Shown here one piece after another: positions 1 to 9,319 of a stretch of DNA of 64,000 nucleotides (position 1 is its first letter; every line of letters begins with the position of its first letter). The stretch is taken from assembly GCA_965217585.1 (NCBI GenBank), contig OZ244561.1, forward strand, positions 5,760,001 through 5,824,000. Reading direction: 5' to 3'. The position numbers and the translations under genes are program-made. The stretch is from Candidatus Latescibacterota bacterium. Its GTDB lineage: Bacteria > Latescibacterota > UBA2968 > UBA8231. Under the pieces are notes generated by a model. The model had not been told where the DNA came from, did not search any database, and saw nothing but the letters and a program-made list of their open reading frames with translations.

Positions 1-474
1 CACTTCGACATGATGCGCTACACCCTCGGCCAAGACCCCATCAGCGCACACGCCCTCACCTGGAACCTCCCTTGGGGCTGGCACCAAGGCGACGCCGCCC
101 AGATGATCCTCTTCCGCTTTGCCAACGGCGCGGTCGCCACTCACCGCGGCATCGGTTGCACGGTCGGCCACGTGCCAGCCGGGCACAACGGCGAGTGGCG
201 CTACGAGGGGCCACGCGGCACCCTAACGTGGGAGGGCATGGACCTCTACCACACCCACTCGCACCGCGCCGATCCCAAAATTCGACGGCAGGTCCCCCTC
301 GACGACGATGGCGGTCAAGACCAGAACCCAGTGCTGCGGGAATTTGTCGCCGCCATAGAGGAGGGCCGCGCGCCCGAGTGCAATGCGGCCGACAACCTCA
401 AGTCCATGGCCATGGTTTTCGCGGCGGTCAAAAGCGCGGTGGAGGGCCGCGAAGTATCCATCGCCGAGTTATAG
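1..474 (+). CDS. Gfo/Idh/MocA family oxidoreductase, C-terminal part (5' end lies outside the window)
   Basis: Frame is open from base 1 (HFDMMRY...). The C-terminus REFVAAIEEGRAPECNAADNLKSMAMVFAAVKSAVEGREV is typical of this family. Confidence 0.8.
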   Translation, partial: HFDMMRYTLGQDPISAHALTWNLPWGWHQGDAAQMILFRFANGAVATHRGIGCTVGHVPAGHNGEWRYEGPRGTLTWEGMDLYHTHSHRADPKIRRQVPLDDDGGQDQNPVLREFVAAIEEGRAPECNAADNLKSMAMVFAAVKSAVEGREVSIAEL

Positions 475-528
475 ACTGGCTCTTTCTCCATTGCCACATC
501 TTGCCACTAACCCCTCTTTAATAGACTT

Positions 529-1908
529 ATGACCCTACATCTTTTTGACACCTATGCCCGCCAAGAGCGCCCCTTCAAACCGCTCGCGCCTCCCCAAGTC
601 CGCCTGTACGCCTGCGGCCCGACCGTGTACAACTACCAGCACATCGGCAACTTGCGCACCTATATCTTCGAGGACATCCTGCGGCGCGCCCTCGAATACA
701 GCGGCTATGCGGTCCACCACGTCGTCAACATCACCGACGTGGGGCACCTGACCTCCGACGCGGACACCGGCGAGGACAAGATGGAGGCCGGCGCGCGGCG
801 CACCGGCCTGACGGCGTGGGAAATAGCCGAGCGCTACACCGCGGATTTCCAAGAAAAGCTCGAGTGGCTCAACGTGCGCCCCCCCCACGTCTGGTGCCGG
901 GCCACCGACCACATCCGCGAACAGGTCGCGGCTATCGCCGCCATCGAGGAAAAAGGCTATGCGTACCGCACGGACGATGGCCTGTACTTCGACACCTCGC
1001 GCCTGAACGACTACGGCCACCTCGCCCGCCTCAACATCGGAGGCCTACAAGGCGGCCAGCGCGTCGATCTCGGGCAGAAGCGCCGCGTCACGGACTTCGC
1101 GCTGTGGAAGTTTAGCCCGGCAGAGACGCAGCGGCAGATGGAATGGGACAGCCCGTGGGGGCGCGGCTTCCCCGGCTGGCACATCGAATGCACCGCCATG
1201 GCGGCCAAGTACTTGGGGCCGTACTTCGACATCCACTGCGGCGGCGAGGATCACGTTCCGGTACACCACACCAACGAAATTGCCCAAGCCCAAGCCTGCT
1301 ACGACACGCGGCTAGCTGAATTCTGGCTCCACGGCGCGTTCTTGCAGCTCGACGGCGAGAAGATGTCCAAGTCGAGTGGCGATTTTCTGCGCCTCGAATC
1401 CCTCATCGAGAAGGGGTACGACCCGCTCGCCTACCGCTTTTTCTGCCTCGGGGCGCGCTACCGAGCCAAGCTCTCCTTCACTTGGGAGAGCCTCAGCGGT
1501 GCGGCCACGGCCCTCGACCGGCTGCGCGCAGCCGCCCACGCTTGGGGCGCGCCGTCTGAACCCGACGACCGCTACGTAGCCGAGTTCAAAGAGCGCATCG
1601 GGGACGACCTCAACATGCCGCGCGTCCTCGCCTTGTGCTGGGAACTGGTGGCCGACGATCTCCCTGTTGCCGCCAAGAAAGCTACGCTCCTGCACTTCGA
1701 CCAAGTCATGGGGTTGGGGTTGGCTACGTGGACGCCGCCCACAGAGGAGGTTCCCGCTGCAATCGAGGCGCTCGCCGAACAGCGGCAACAGGCCCGCGCC
1801 GCCAAGGACTGGGCCACGGCCGACGCCCTGCGCGACGAAATCACCGCGGCCGGCTACGAAATCGAAGACACCCCCCAAGGCCCTCATATCCGGCCGCGCA
1901 AAACCTAA
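529..1908 (+). CDS. cysS: cysteine--tRNA ligase
   Basis: Motifs YACGPTVY, HIGN (HIGH), DFALWK, WDSPWGRGFPGWHIEC, HCGGEDH..HHTNE and KMSKS. Confidence 0.97.
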   Translation: MTLHLFDTYARQERPFKPLAPPQVRLYACGPTVYNYQHIGNLRTYIFEDILRRALEYSGYAVHHVVNITDVGHLTSDADTGEDKMEAGARRTGLTAWEIAERYTADFQEKLEWLNVRPPHVWCRATDHIREQVAAIAAIEEKGYAYRTDDGLYFDTSRLNDYGHLARLNIGGLQGGQRVDLGQKRRVTDFALWKFSPAETQRQMEWDSPWGRGFPGWHIECTAMAAKYLGPYFDIHCGGEDHVPVHHTNEIAQAQACYDTRLAEFWLHGAFLQLDGEKMSKSSGDFLRLESLIEKGYDPLAYRFFCLGARYRAKLSFTWESLSGAATALDRLRAAAHAWGAPSEPDDRYVAEFKERIGDDLNMPRVLALCWELVADDLPVAAKKATLLHFDQVMGLGLATWTPPTEEVPAAIEALAEQRQQARAAKDWATADALRDEITAAGYEIEDTPQGPHIRPRKT

Positions 1909-1922
1909 CCGAACGGACGCCC

Positions 1923-3410
1923 ATGTCCCGCATCCTCGTCGCCGAGTGCAAGCAAGAAATCTCCTCCTTCAACCCGGTCATTGGCACGTACGACAACTTC
2001 TCCGTCCGCCGCGAAACCGAGTTGTTCGCCTATCACCAAGGCCGCGAAACCGAGCTGACCGGTGCCTTGCAGGTCTTCGCCGACAGCCACGTTGAAGTCA
2101 TCCCCACGTACGGGGCCGTCGCCCCCTCGGCTGGGCCTTTAGACCAACAGGACTTCGAGCGCCTTGCCGCCGAGCTGCTCGCCGAGGTCGCGCCGCATCT
2201 AGCCGAGGCCGACGGCATGTACTTCTGTCTGCACGGCGCCATGGGCTGCACCCAAGAGCTGGACCCGGAGGGCTACTTGCTGCAAGAGATCCGCCAAAGC
2301 GCTGGCCCCGACTTCCCCATCGTGATCTCGCAAGACCTCCACGGCATCCTCACCCACCGCATGTTAGAGCACTCGAACGGCCTTGCCATTTATCACACCT
2401 ATCCGCACGTCGATTTGGCCGACACTGGCCGCCGCGCCGCGTACTTGCTCCTGCAAGTCCTCGCTGGCGCTCAGCCCGTGGTGGCCCGCGTGCAGGTGCC
2501 CGCGCTCGTGCGCGGCAATGAGCTAATCACCGCCTCTGGCGTCTATGGTGAGACCATCCGCTACTGCCAAGCCCTAGAGGAACAGCCGGACATTCTCGCC
2601 GCCGGCATGATGATCGGCAACCCATTCACCGATGTGCCTGAGTTGTGCTCCCAAGCCATCGTCGTAGCCGATGCCGACCCCGACCTCGCCCGCAGCGAGT
2701 CCCTACACCTTGCCGCCGACTTCTGGGAACGCCGCGCACTCATGCAGCCCGCCCTCGTGTCGGTCGAAGACGCCGTCGCCCAAGCCGCCCAATACAGCGG
2801 TCCGGTGCTCTTTACCGACGCGGCCGACGCCCCCTCCTCGGGCGCGACCGGCGATAGCAACGTCCTCGTCCAAGCCCTGTGTGCCAGCGGGTACTCCGGC
2901 CAAGTGCTCGCGCCGCTGGTGGATGCGCCCGCCGCGTACATGGCCCACGACGCCGGGCTAGGCGCACGCATCCACGTGGTCTTGGGCGGCTCGCTCGACT
3001 CGCGCTTTGCCCCGCTCGACCTAGAGGTCGAAGTCACCCAGCTCGGCGACGGCGAATATCTCTGCGAGTCTTGGAACACTCCCCAACACGCCGGGCCTAC
3101 GGCCGTGCTGCAAAGCGACAATCTCACCATCGTCTGCGTCAGCCGCTCAGTGCCCTTTATCGATCGCTCGGTCTTTATCGCCCACGACATCAACCCCAAG
3201 GACTACGACCTCATCGTCATCAAGTCGCCGCACTGCCAGTGGCACTTTTTCGACGAATGGGCCGATATAAACTTCAACATCGATGCGCTTGGCTCGACCA
3301 GCGCAAACTTGCCCACCCTCGGGCACGGCGTCTGCCAGCGGCCCATGTATCCACTCGAACTCGATGCCCCTTTTACCCCGGTCGCCGAAATGTTCGGCAC
3401 AGGAGCCTAG
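1923..3410 (+). CDS. M81 family metallopeptidase (MlrC-like)
   Basis: Start moved to ATG 1923 (MSRILVAECKQEISSFNP). Motifs LHGAM, DPEG, DLHG and YHTYPHVD. Confidence 0.85.
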   Translation: MSRILVAECKQEISSFNPVIGTYDNFSVRRETELFAYHQGRETELTGALQVFADSHVEVIPTYGAVAPSAGPLDQQDFERLAAELLAEVAPHLAEADGMYFCLHGAMGCTQELDPEGYLLQEIRQSAGPDFPIVISQDLHGILTHRMLEHSNGLAIYHTYPHVDLADTGRRAAYLLLQVLAGAQPVVARVQVPALVRGNELITASGVYGETIRYCQALEEQPDILAAGMMIGNPFTDVPELCSQAIVVADADPDLARSESLHLAADFWERRALMQPALVSVEDAVAQAAQYSGPVLFTDAADAPSSGATGDSNVLVQALCASGYSGQVLAPLVDAPAAYMAHDAGLGARIHVVLGGSLDSRFAPLDLEVEVTQLGDGEYLCESWNTPQHAGPTAVLQSDNLTIVCVSRSVPFIDRSVFIAHDINPKDYDLIVIKSPHCQWHFFDEWADINFNIDALGSTSANLPTLGHGVCQRPMYPLELDAPFTPVAEMFGTGA

Positions 3411-3414
3411 TTTT

Positions 3415-4176
3415 ATGCCTGCCATCAAGCAATCCGTCTGCTTCAATCCCTTCACCGGCAGCGGCCTCAGCCCGCAAGAGCTCGTCGTCGCCGCCCCCCG
3501 CATCGGCTACCAATCCGTAGAAATGGCCGCTCAGGAACACTGGCCGCTCATCCAAGACCACGGCCTCGCCATCGCCATCGTCTCCGGTCACGCTTCCCTG
3601 CCCGACGGCCTCAACAAGCCCGAAAACCACGACCGCATCGAAGACGAGCTCCTCGCCAACATTGACCTCGCCGTTGCATGCGGCATTCCCTCGCTGATTT
3701 GCTTTTCCGGCAACTGCGAGGGCCGCTCTTCAGAAGAGGGCCTCGCCAACTGCGTCGCCGGCCTGCGCCGCGTCACCGGGGCCGCCGAGGAAAAAGGCAT
3801 TACCCTCTGCATGGAATTGCTCAACTCGCGCGTCAACCATCCCGACTACCAGTGCGACCGCACCGCTTGGGGCGCGGCCCTCTGTCGGGCCGTCGGCTCG
3901 CCCCGCTTCAAGCTGCTCTACGACATTTACCACATGCAGATCATGGAAGGCGATCTCATCCGCAACATCACCGACCACATCGACTGCATTGGCCACTTCC
4001 ACACCGCCGGCAACCCCGGCCGCCGCGACCTCGACGACCAACAGGAGATCTACTACCCACCGATCATGCAGGCCATCGCCGCCACTTCCTACGCGGGCTA
4101 CGTCGGCCACGAGTACCGGCCCAAGGGCGATCCCGTTGACTCGCTAGCTCACGCCTTTGAAGTCTGCAATGTCTGA
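3415..4176 (+). CDS. hydroxypyruvate isomerase (Hyi)-like TIM-barrel protein
   Basis: ATG 3415. Motifs ELLNS..HPDYQCD, KLLYDIYHMQIMEGD, HFHTAGNPGR and GHEY. Confidence 0.85.
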   Translation: MPAIKQSVCFNPFTGSGLSPQELVVAAPRIGYQSVEMAAQEHWPLIQDHGLAIAIVSGHASLPDGLNKPENHDRIEDELLANIDLAVACGIPSLICFSGNCEGRSSEEGLANCVAGLRRVTGAAEEKGITLCMELLNSRVNHPDYQCDRTAWGAALCRAVGSPRFKLLYDIYHMQIMEGDLIRNITDHIDCIGHFHTAGNPGRRDLDDQQEIYYPPIMQAIAATSYAGYVGHEYRPKGDPVDSLAHAFEVCNV

Positions 4177-4221
4177 GAAGCCGTCTAAAAACCCCCGACG
4201 ACGGTCGCATGGGGGCAAAGT

Positions 4222-4242
4222 ATCCGCAGATGAACGCAGATG
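4222..4242. repeat. short dispersed repeat ATCCGCAGATGAACGCAGATG (related copy at 55903-55931)
   Basis: A 10-nt unit CGCAGATG(A/G)A is tandemly repeated in two intergenic regions. Confidence 0.5.
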
Positions 4243-4280
4243 CGGGATGACGTTGTTTGGGGCGTACGCGGGATTTTCAA

Positions 4281-5093
4281 ATGGACTCTGAGATACAAAT
4301 CGTGCCCACTGGCGGCGCGCTCGGCGCGGAGATCAAAGGCTGCGACCTGTCCGCACCGCTCGCGTCCGACCACGTCGCGCAGGTGCGCCAGGCACTCCTC
4401 GATCACGGTGTGGTCTTCTTTCGCCAGCAGCAACTCAGCGACGAGGACCAAGTGCGTTTCACCGCGTACTTTGGCAAACCCGTACCCCACGTGCGCAAGC
4501 AGCGCCCACGGCGGGTCAAGGAGATTTTCCTCATCTCCAATGTCAAAGAAAACGGCGAGCCAATCGGCGAGCTAGGCGACGAGCTGATCCCCTTCCACTC
4601 GGATCTTTCCTACCTGCTGCGCCCTGGCACCCTATCGGTGCTCTATGCGGTGGAGATTCCCTCGCAGGGCGGCCAGACTCAGTGGTGCAATTGCACCGCC
4701 GCCTACGAAGCGCTCGACGACGTTTGGAAAAGCCGCCTCAAGGGAATGTGCGCCGTGCATCGCCACTACGTCGAAGCGCAAAACCCTCCCGAGCACATCG
4801 CCCACCCCATCGTCCGCACCCACCCCGAAACAGGTCGCCGCTCGCTCTACGTAGGGCCGCACCTGACCAAATACGTCGTCGGCCTCAGCCGCCGAGAAAG
4901 CGACGCCCTGCTCGGCGAACTGTACGCCCATCTCGAACAGCCGCGCTTCGTCTGGACCCATGAGTGGCAAGTCGGCGACCTCGTCCTCTTCGACAACCGC
5001 CCGACCATGCACCGCCGCCTCGCCTTCCCCCCAGACCAGCGCCGCCTAATGAAACGCACTCAGGTTTTCAACGACGAAATCCCGGTGGAGTGA
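4281..5093 (+). CDS. TauD/TfdA family Fe(II)/2-oxoglutarate dioxygenase
   Basis: Motifs GALGAEI.G.DL, HSD (HxD), HPIVRTHPETGRRSLY and W..GDLVLFDNRPTMHRR. Confidence 0.9.
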   Translation: MDSEIQIVPTGGALGAEIKGCDLSAPLASDHVAQVRQALLDHGVVFFRQQQLSDEDQVRFTAYFGKPVPHVRKQRPRRVKEIFLISNVKENGEPIGELGDELIPFHSDLSYLLRPGTLSVLYAVEIPSQGGQTQWCNCTAAYEALDDVWKSRLKGMCAVHRHYVEAQNPPEHIAHPIVRTHPETGRRSLYVGPHLTKYVVGLSRRESDALLGELYAHLEQPRFVWTHEWQVGDLVLFDNRPTMHRRLAFPPDQRRLMKRTQVFNDEIPVE

Positions 5094-5217
5094 TCATTCT
5101 AAGCATGTTATACTACTGATAAGACACCGACGAGTAGGGTCGCCGCGTAACGCCAAGTACGCAGTTTGCCCACACCTAGAACCGACCTGTCATTCCCAAA
5201 GTCCCAAGGCATCTCTT

Positions 5218-5607
5218 ATGGCCGAATCTGATTCACCTCACTTTCAGGATGAGACTACCACTTCCGATCAGTCCGCCCGAGCCGACCTTCTCGCCAGTAT
5301 GTCCCTTCTGAGTGGGTTGGTGTATCCGTCGGAGACCATTGCTGATATTATGTCACAGGAGGGCGTCATGGACCTGATACGCGAATCATCCTTTGCTCAA
5401 CACCTTATCCAACAGGGCATTGAGCAGGGGGGGCGAGAATTTCTCCTCGACGTGTTGGCCCTTCGCTTTCAGCCGGAGGAGGTGCAACAGTTGGCCGCCC
5501 GCATTGAGGCCATTGACGATGTGCAGCGGCTCAAGCAGTTGCATCGGGCGGCCATACAGGTGCCCAGCCTCGAAGCCTTTAGTGATCTGTTAGACGAAGC
5601 CGAGTAG
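5218..5607 (+). pseudogene. Rpn/YhgA-like (putative transposase/nuclease) C-terminal fragment, copy 1
   Basis: Contains MDLIRESSFAQ..GIEQG..LL..LALRF...L.QL.RAA. No N-terminal nuclease domain. Paralogous to the next ORF. Confidence 0.6.
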
Positions 5608-6174
5608 GGGCACTATTTCCAAGAGCCGCCCGGCCACCGCATCTTGATTGAGTACCAAGTGATCCGGCTGAGCGAACAGGCCGGTCAACCGATCTTAGAG
5701 TCCGGGCCTGTGGGCCTGCTGCCATTTGCGCCGTTGATGCAGCCGGGGGCGGGACAATCGCCGGTGGATTGGCTCCAAGCGTGTGTGCGTGCGGCGCAGG
5801 CCCAGCCGCTAGACCGGTCGGCGAAAGCCGATTGTCTGGCCGGGATGTCGCTGCTGAGTGGGTTGGTGTACGCACCGGAAACCATTACGGCTATTCTTTC
5901 TCAGGAGGGGATCATGGACCTTATCCGCGAATCATCGTTTGCCCAATACCTGACCCAACAAGCCCGCGAGGAAGGCATTGAGCAAGGCATTGAGCAAGGG
6001 GGCCGAGAGTTTCTCCTCGAAGTGTTGGCTCTGCGCTTTCAGCCGGAGGAGGTGCAACAGTTGGCCGCCCGCATTGGGGCCATCGACGATGTGCAGCGTC
6101 TCAAGCAGTTGTTTCGGGCGGCTGTACAGGTGCCGAGCCTCGAAGCCTTTAGGAACCTGTTAGATAATGAATAA
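5608..6174 (+). pseudogene. Rpn/YhgA-like protein, N-terminally truncated, copy 2
   Basis: Frame opens directly after TAG 5607 (GHYFQEPPGHRILIEYQVIRL...GLLPFAPLM). Has EEGIEQGIEQG repeats. No proper start or nuclease domain. Confidence 0.6.
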
Positions 6175-6385
6175 GAAAGAACGGACGAAGCTCGTTCACG
6201 AAGGAAACTATGTTGCAGAAGTTGACGTAGAGCTACTAGAAGAACCTGAAGGATGGTCCCCGTACCTTTCTCTTGAAGACGCGTATCGTCTCGACGAGGT
6301 GCGGGAAGCCCTTCGTCGAGGAGACATTAAGACCGCTGCAAAATGTTCACGTGTGTTCAGTCTCACGCCTATTACTTCGCCATGA
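6167..6385 (+). CDS. conserved small protein, probable antitoxin-like (usually seen beside DUF4258-type toxins)
   Basis: Recognisable sequence KLVHEGNYVAEVDVEL...WSPYLSLEDAYRLDEVREALRRGD. No toxin partner is adjacent. Confidence 0.55.
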   Translation: MNKKERTKLVHEGNYVAEVDVELLEEPEGWSPYLSLEDAYRLDEVREALRRGDIKTAAKCSRVFSLTPITSP

Positions 6386-8682
6386 ATACACCTCCAGATC
6401 AAGACGCTAAACGACGTAGCCTATTCTTTCTGATATTCGCCTTGTCGATGATCGCTTGCGGCGACGGCGACCGCCGGCCTGAAAACCAATCTTCCAATCC
6501 GCTCTATCCGTCTGGCCCGGAACAGGTCCAACGGGGCCAGATTGTGACGATTGAGGGATCTTCAGTATTGGGAGCTGAGGTGGTCATCATCGACGCGGAG
6601 CGTCTGGTGGTACTAGCCCGTGCGCCGGTAGATGACCAAGGAGGCTTCGAGGTCTCTGTGCCCCAGCGACCGAGCTACTGGTTGGGCATTTCCGGTCCCT
6701 ATATGACAACCCATGTGGACACGGCGTTCGCTTTTACGGGAGAGGCCATAACCCTCGATGAGGCCCCCGGGTCGTATGCTGCGGGCAAGGCCGCACAAGT
6801 GGTGGGCATATTGGGCGATGTCAACAACGATAATCAAGTCGATATAGCGGACGCGCTGCTCGTGCTGCTCTATACCTTAGAACGCTTCTCCTTCGTAGCA
6901 CCCAATCAAGGCAATATCGCCCTAGGCGACGTCAACGAGGACGGCCTAATAAACCTAGCGGATGTCCTGCTTATTATGACCTATATTGCGAATCCGCTTG
7001 ACCCGACGTTGCCGGATGGAATCGGTTTAGCCACTGAACAGACTACGATCGCGATTGCCGTTGAACAAGATCGAGCTGTGTTAATCGCGCTCTATGAAGC
7101 TACCGGCGGAGATAACTGGAAAGATAACACTAACTGGCTCAGCAGCACGTCCCCGCTCGATCAATGGTACGGCGTTACCACGGACGACGCGGGACGGGTC
7201 GATAGCTTAGAACTCGCCGAAAACCAGTTGACGGGACCAATACCCGAAGCGTTGGGCAATCTTAATAGCCTGCAATACCTGTCCCTCTACGACAACCAGT
7301 TGACGGGACCGATTCCCGAAACGCTCGGCCAACTCAACAACCTGCAATCCCTGTGGCTCGGCTACAACCAGTTGACGGGACCAATTCCCGAAACGCTCGG
7401 CCAACTCAACAACCTGCAATCCCTGTGGCTCGGCTACAACCAGTTGACGGGACCAATTCCCGAAACGCTCGGACAACTTGACAGCCTGCAATACCTAGAC
7501 CTCATCAACAACCAGTTGACGGGGCCGATTCCTGAAGCGTTGAGCAATCTCAACGACTTGAAACACTTGGCCCTCGCCGGCAACCAGTTGACAGGGCTGA
7601 TTCCTAGAACGCTCGGACAACTCGATAGCCTAGAACACCTGTCCCTCGCCGACAACCAGTTGACGGGAACCATTCCCGAAACACTCGGACAACTCAACAA
7701 CCTGCAATACCTAGATCTCGCCAACAACCAGTTGACGGGAACCATTCCCGAAACGCTCGGACAACTCAACAGCCTGAAACGCCTGTCCCTCGCCGACAAC
7801 CAGTTAACAGGGGAGATACCCCAAGCGTTGGGCCAACTCAACAACCTGCAATACCTAAACCTCATCGACAACCAGTTGACGGGATGCATCCCCTCAGCGT
7901 TGAAAGATGTATCGGTCTATGACTTAAACGACCCAAGGCCAGCCTTCTGCCTGCCGGGGCGTGCCGATCCCATTTCCATTTTCACCGTTAGCTTCCCGTC
8001 CAACGATGGCGTCGAGGTGAGTGCACTTTTTGGCACGGCCCAGGACGGCGAATCGCTGCCAGTGGTAATCCTCCTGCACGATCTGGGGGGGAGCAAAGCC
8101 GACTGGATGAACAACACCGGCACGTACGTGGCCTTGCTCGAGCGCGGCTACTCCGTCTTGGCCATCGACATGCGCGGGCACGGCGACACCCCGATACCTG
8201 ATGACCGACAGTTCTTGGAAGTGATCGATATAGAACTGAGCTATCGCGATGTCGAAGCCGCGATGGCCTGGCTGCCGAGCCAGTCTGAGATCGATGTCAG
8301 CCGCATCGCGGTCGTGGGCAGTGGCTCGGGGGGGAATGTGGCCTACGTGAGTTCGGGCCTTCTCCCCGAGCAAATAAAAACCAGTGTCTCCCTCTCGCCA
8401 GGGCTGTGGCACGCCTCTTCGTTTGAACCGGTGGTCACCGGGGCCGGCCTCGAACCGTTTGACCCGCGGTCCATACTCTTTATGGCGGCCGATAAAGACC
8501 AAATTGATACCGGGGACGTCATTCTCAGCTATGCCGAGTTCGCTCGCAGCCTAGAGGCGCTGACGGCCGAGCCAAAAGACTTGCGCATTTTTCCAGACTC
8601 GGCCGACCACGGCTTTGAATTGCTCGACAATATCGCCGAGGCGCATGATCTGTTCTTCCTCTGGTTGGAGGAACACCTCTAG
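6382..8682 (+). CDS. lipoprotein with dockerin-like EF-hand pair, 10 plant-type LRRs and a C-terminal alpha/beta-hydrolase fold
   Basis: ATG 6382 overlaps the upstream TGA. Lipobox MIAC. Dockerin motifs GDVNNDNQVDIAD and GDVNEDGLINLAD. LRR N-cap ALYEATGGDNW...WYGV. Hydrolase motifs LLHDLGG and DMRGHG. Confidence 0.85.
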   Translation: MNTPPDQDAKRRSLFFLIFALSMIACGDGDRRPENQSSNPLYPSGPEQVQRGQIVTIEGSSVLGAEVVIIDAERLVVLARAPVDDQGGFEVSVPQRPSYWLGISGPYMTTHVDTAFAFTGEAITLDEAPGSYAAGKAAQVVGILGDVNNDNQVDIADALLVLLYTLERFSFVAPNQGNIALGDVNEDGLINLADVLLIMTYIANPLDPTLPDGIGLATEQTTIAIAVEQDRAVLIALYEATGGDNWKDNTNWLSSTSPLDQWYGVTTDDAGRVDSLELAENQLTGPIPEALGNLNSLQYLSLYDNQLTGPIPETLGQLNNLQSLWLGYNQLTGPIPETLGQLNNLQSLWLGYNQLTGPIPETLGQLDSLQYLDLINNQLTGPIPEALSNLNDLKHLALAGNQLTGLIPRTLGQLDSLEHLSLADNQLTGTIPETLGQLNNLQYLDLANNQLTGTIPETLGQLNSLKRLSLADNQLTGEIPQALGQLNNLQYLNLIDNQLTGCIPSALKDVSVYDLNDPRPAFCLPGRADPISIFTVSFPSNDGVEVSALFGTAQDGESLPVVILLHDLGGSKADWMNNTGTYVALLERGYSVLAIDMRGHGDTPIPDDRQFLEVIDIELSYRDVEAAMAWLPSQSEIDVSRIAVVGSGSGGNVAYVSSGLLPEQIKTSVSLSPGLWHASSFEPVVTGAGLEPFDPRSILFMAADKDQIDTGDVILSYAEFARSLEALTAEPKDLRIFPDSADHGFELLDNIAEAHDLFFLWLEEHL
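7198..7902 (+). repeat. coding tandem repeat, 10 x 72 nt (24-aa LRR LxxLxLxxNQLTGxIPxxLGxL)
   Basis: An AACCAGTTGACGGG-type core recurs every 72 nt. Units 3 and 4 are nearly identical at DNA level. Confidence 0.92.
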
Positions 8683-8734
8683 TAATACTCCATCTGCGGT
8701 ACCCAGCACATGGCCCCGCGAATTGTTCAATGAC

Positions 8735-8758
8735 GCCATATGGCCTATCTTATATGGC
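8735..8758. promoter_or_regulatory. putative operator upstream of the Xre-RES TA operon
   Basis: Palindrome GCCATATGGC (8735-8744) plus a second ATATGGC half-site. Confidence 0.3.
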
Positions 8759-8836
8759 AATATAGCCTTAGTTCCTTCGCAGAAAGGAGAACGTGCTCCC
8801 ACCATGTCTCCGTCGTCTAAGAAAAAAGATAAACCC

Positions 8837-9319
8837 ATGGGTACCTATGTTTGGGCTTCCGAAGGCGCGAAGCCTTTGGCCGCTTCAACCATCAGCGCGG
8901 ACGCCCCCAGCGGACCTTCTTATGGAGCCTCTGCGGGACTGTCGTTCAAAGATACCGGCACTTTGATCCGCCAACTCAAGCGCGGGCTGCCGATGACCGC
9001 TTTTGACCACCTTCAAGGTGCCATGGCCGTACCAGCCAAGACGTTGGCCAGCGCGGCTAATATCGCGGTTCGGACGCTCAATCGCCGCCGCAAAGAAGGC
9101 CGCCTCCAGACCGATGAATCCGAGCGTTTATTCCGCATTGCCGCCCTGTACGACCGGGCAATTGAAGTCTTAGGCGACCAAGAGCGGGCGAGGGCGTGGT
9201 TCAAAGAGCCGAAGAAGGCCCTCGGCATGAAGACGCCATTGCAATACGCCGACACCGAGCCTGGTGCCCGCGAGGTCGAAAATCTCCTTGGTCGCCTCGA
9301 GTACGGTGTATTTTCGTGA
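8837..9319 (+). CDS. Xre/MbcA/ParS family antitoxin
   Basis: Motifs RTLNRRRKEGRL..DESERL.R, A..WF..P..ALG..TPL and GAREVENLLGRLEYGVFS. Start is uncertain (8804 or 8837). Confidence 0.88.
   Translation: MGTYVWASEGAKPLAASTISADAPSGPSYGASAGLSFKDTGTLIRQLKRGLPMTAFDHLQGAMAVPAKTLASAANIAVRTLNRRRKEGRLQTDESERLFRIAALYDRAIEVLGDQERARAWFKEPKKALGMKTPLQYADTEPGAREVENLLGRLEYGVFS

Noticed and set aside
1635-1922. N-terminal extension of the 591-aa ORF
   Set aside because: It overlaps cysS in another frame, and family similarity starts at ATG 1923. Similar over-long starts were trimmed at 3283, 8615, 9196, 15398, 26608, 41657 and 43938.
7198-7902. Regularly spaced conserved ~14-nt cores resembling a CRISPR array
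   Set aside because: The 72-nt period is in frame inside a CDS and encodes LRRs. The intervening sequences are homologous to each other, and there are no cas genes.
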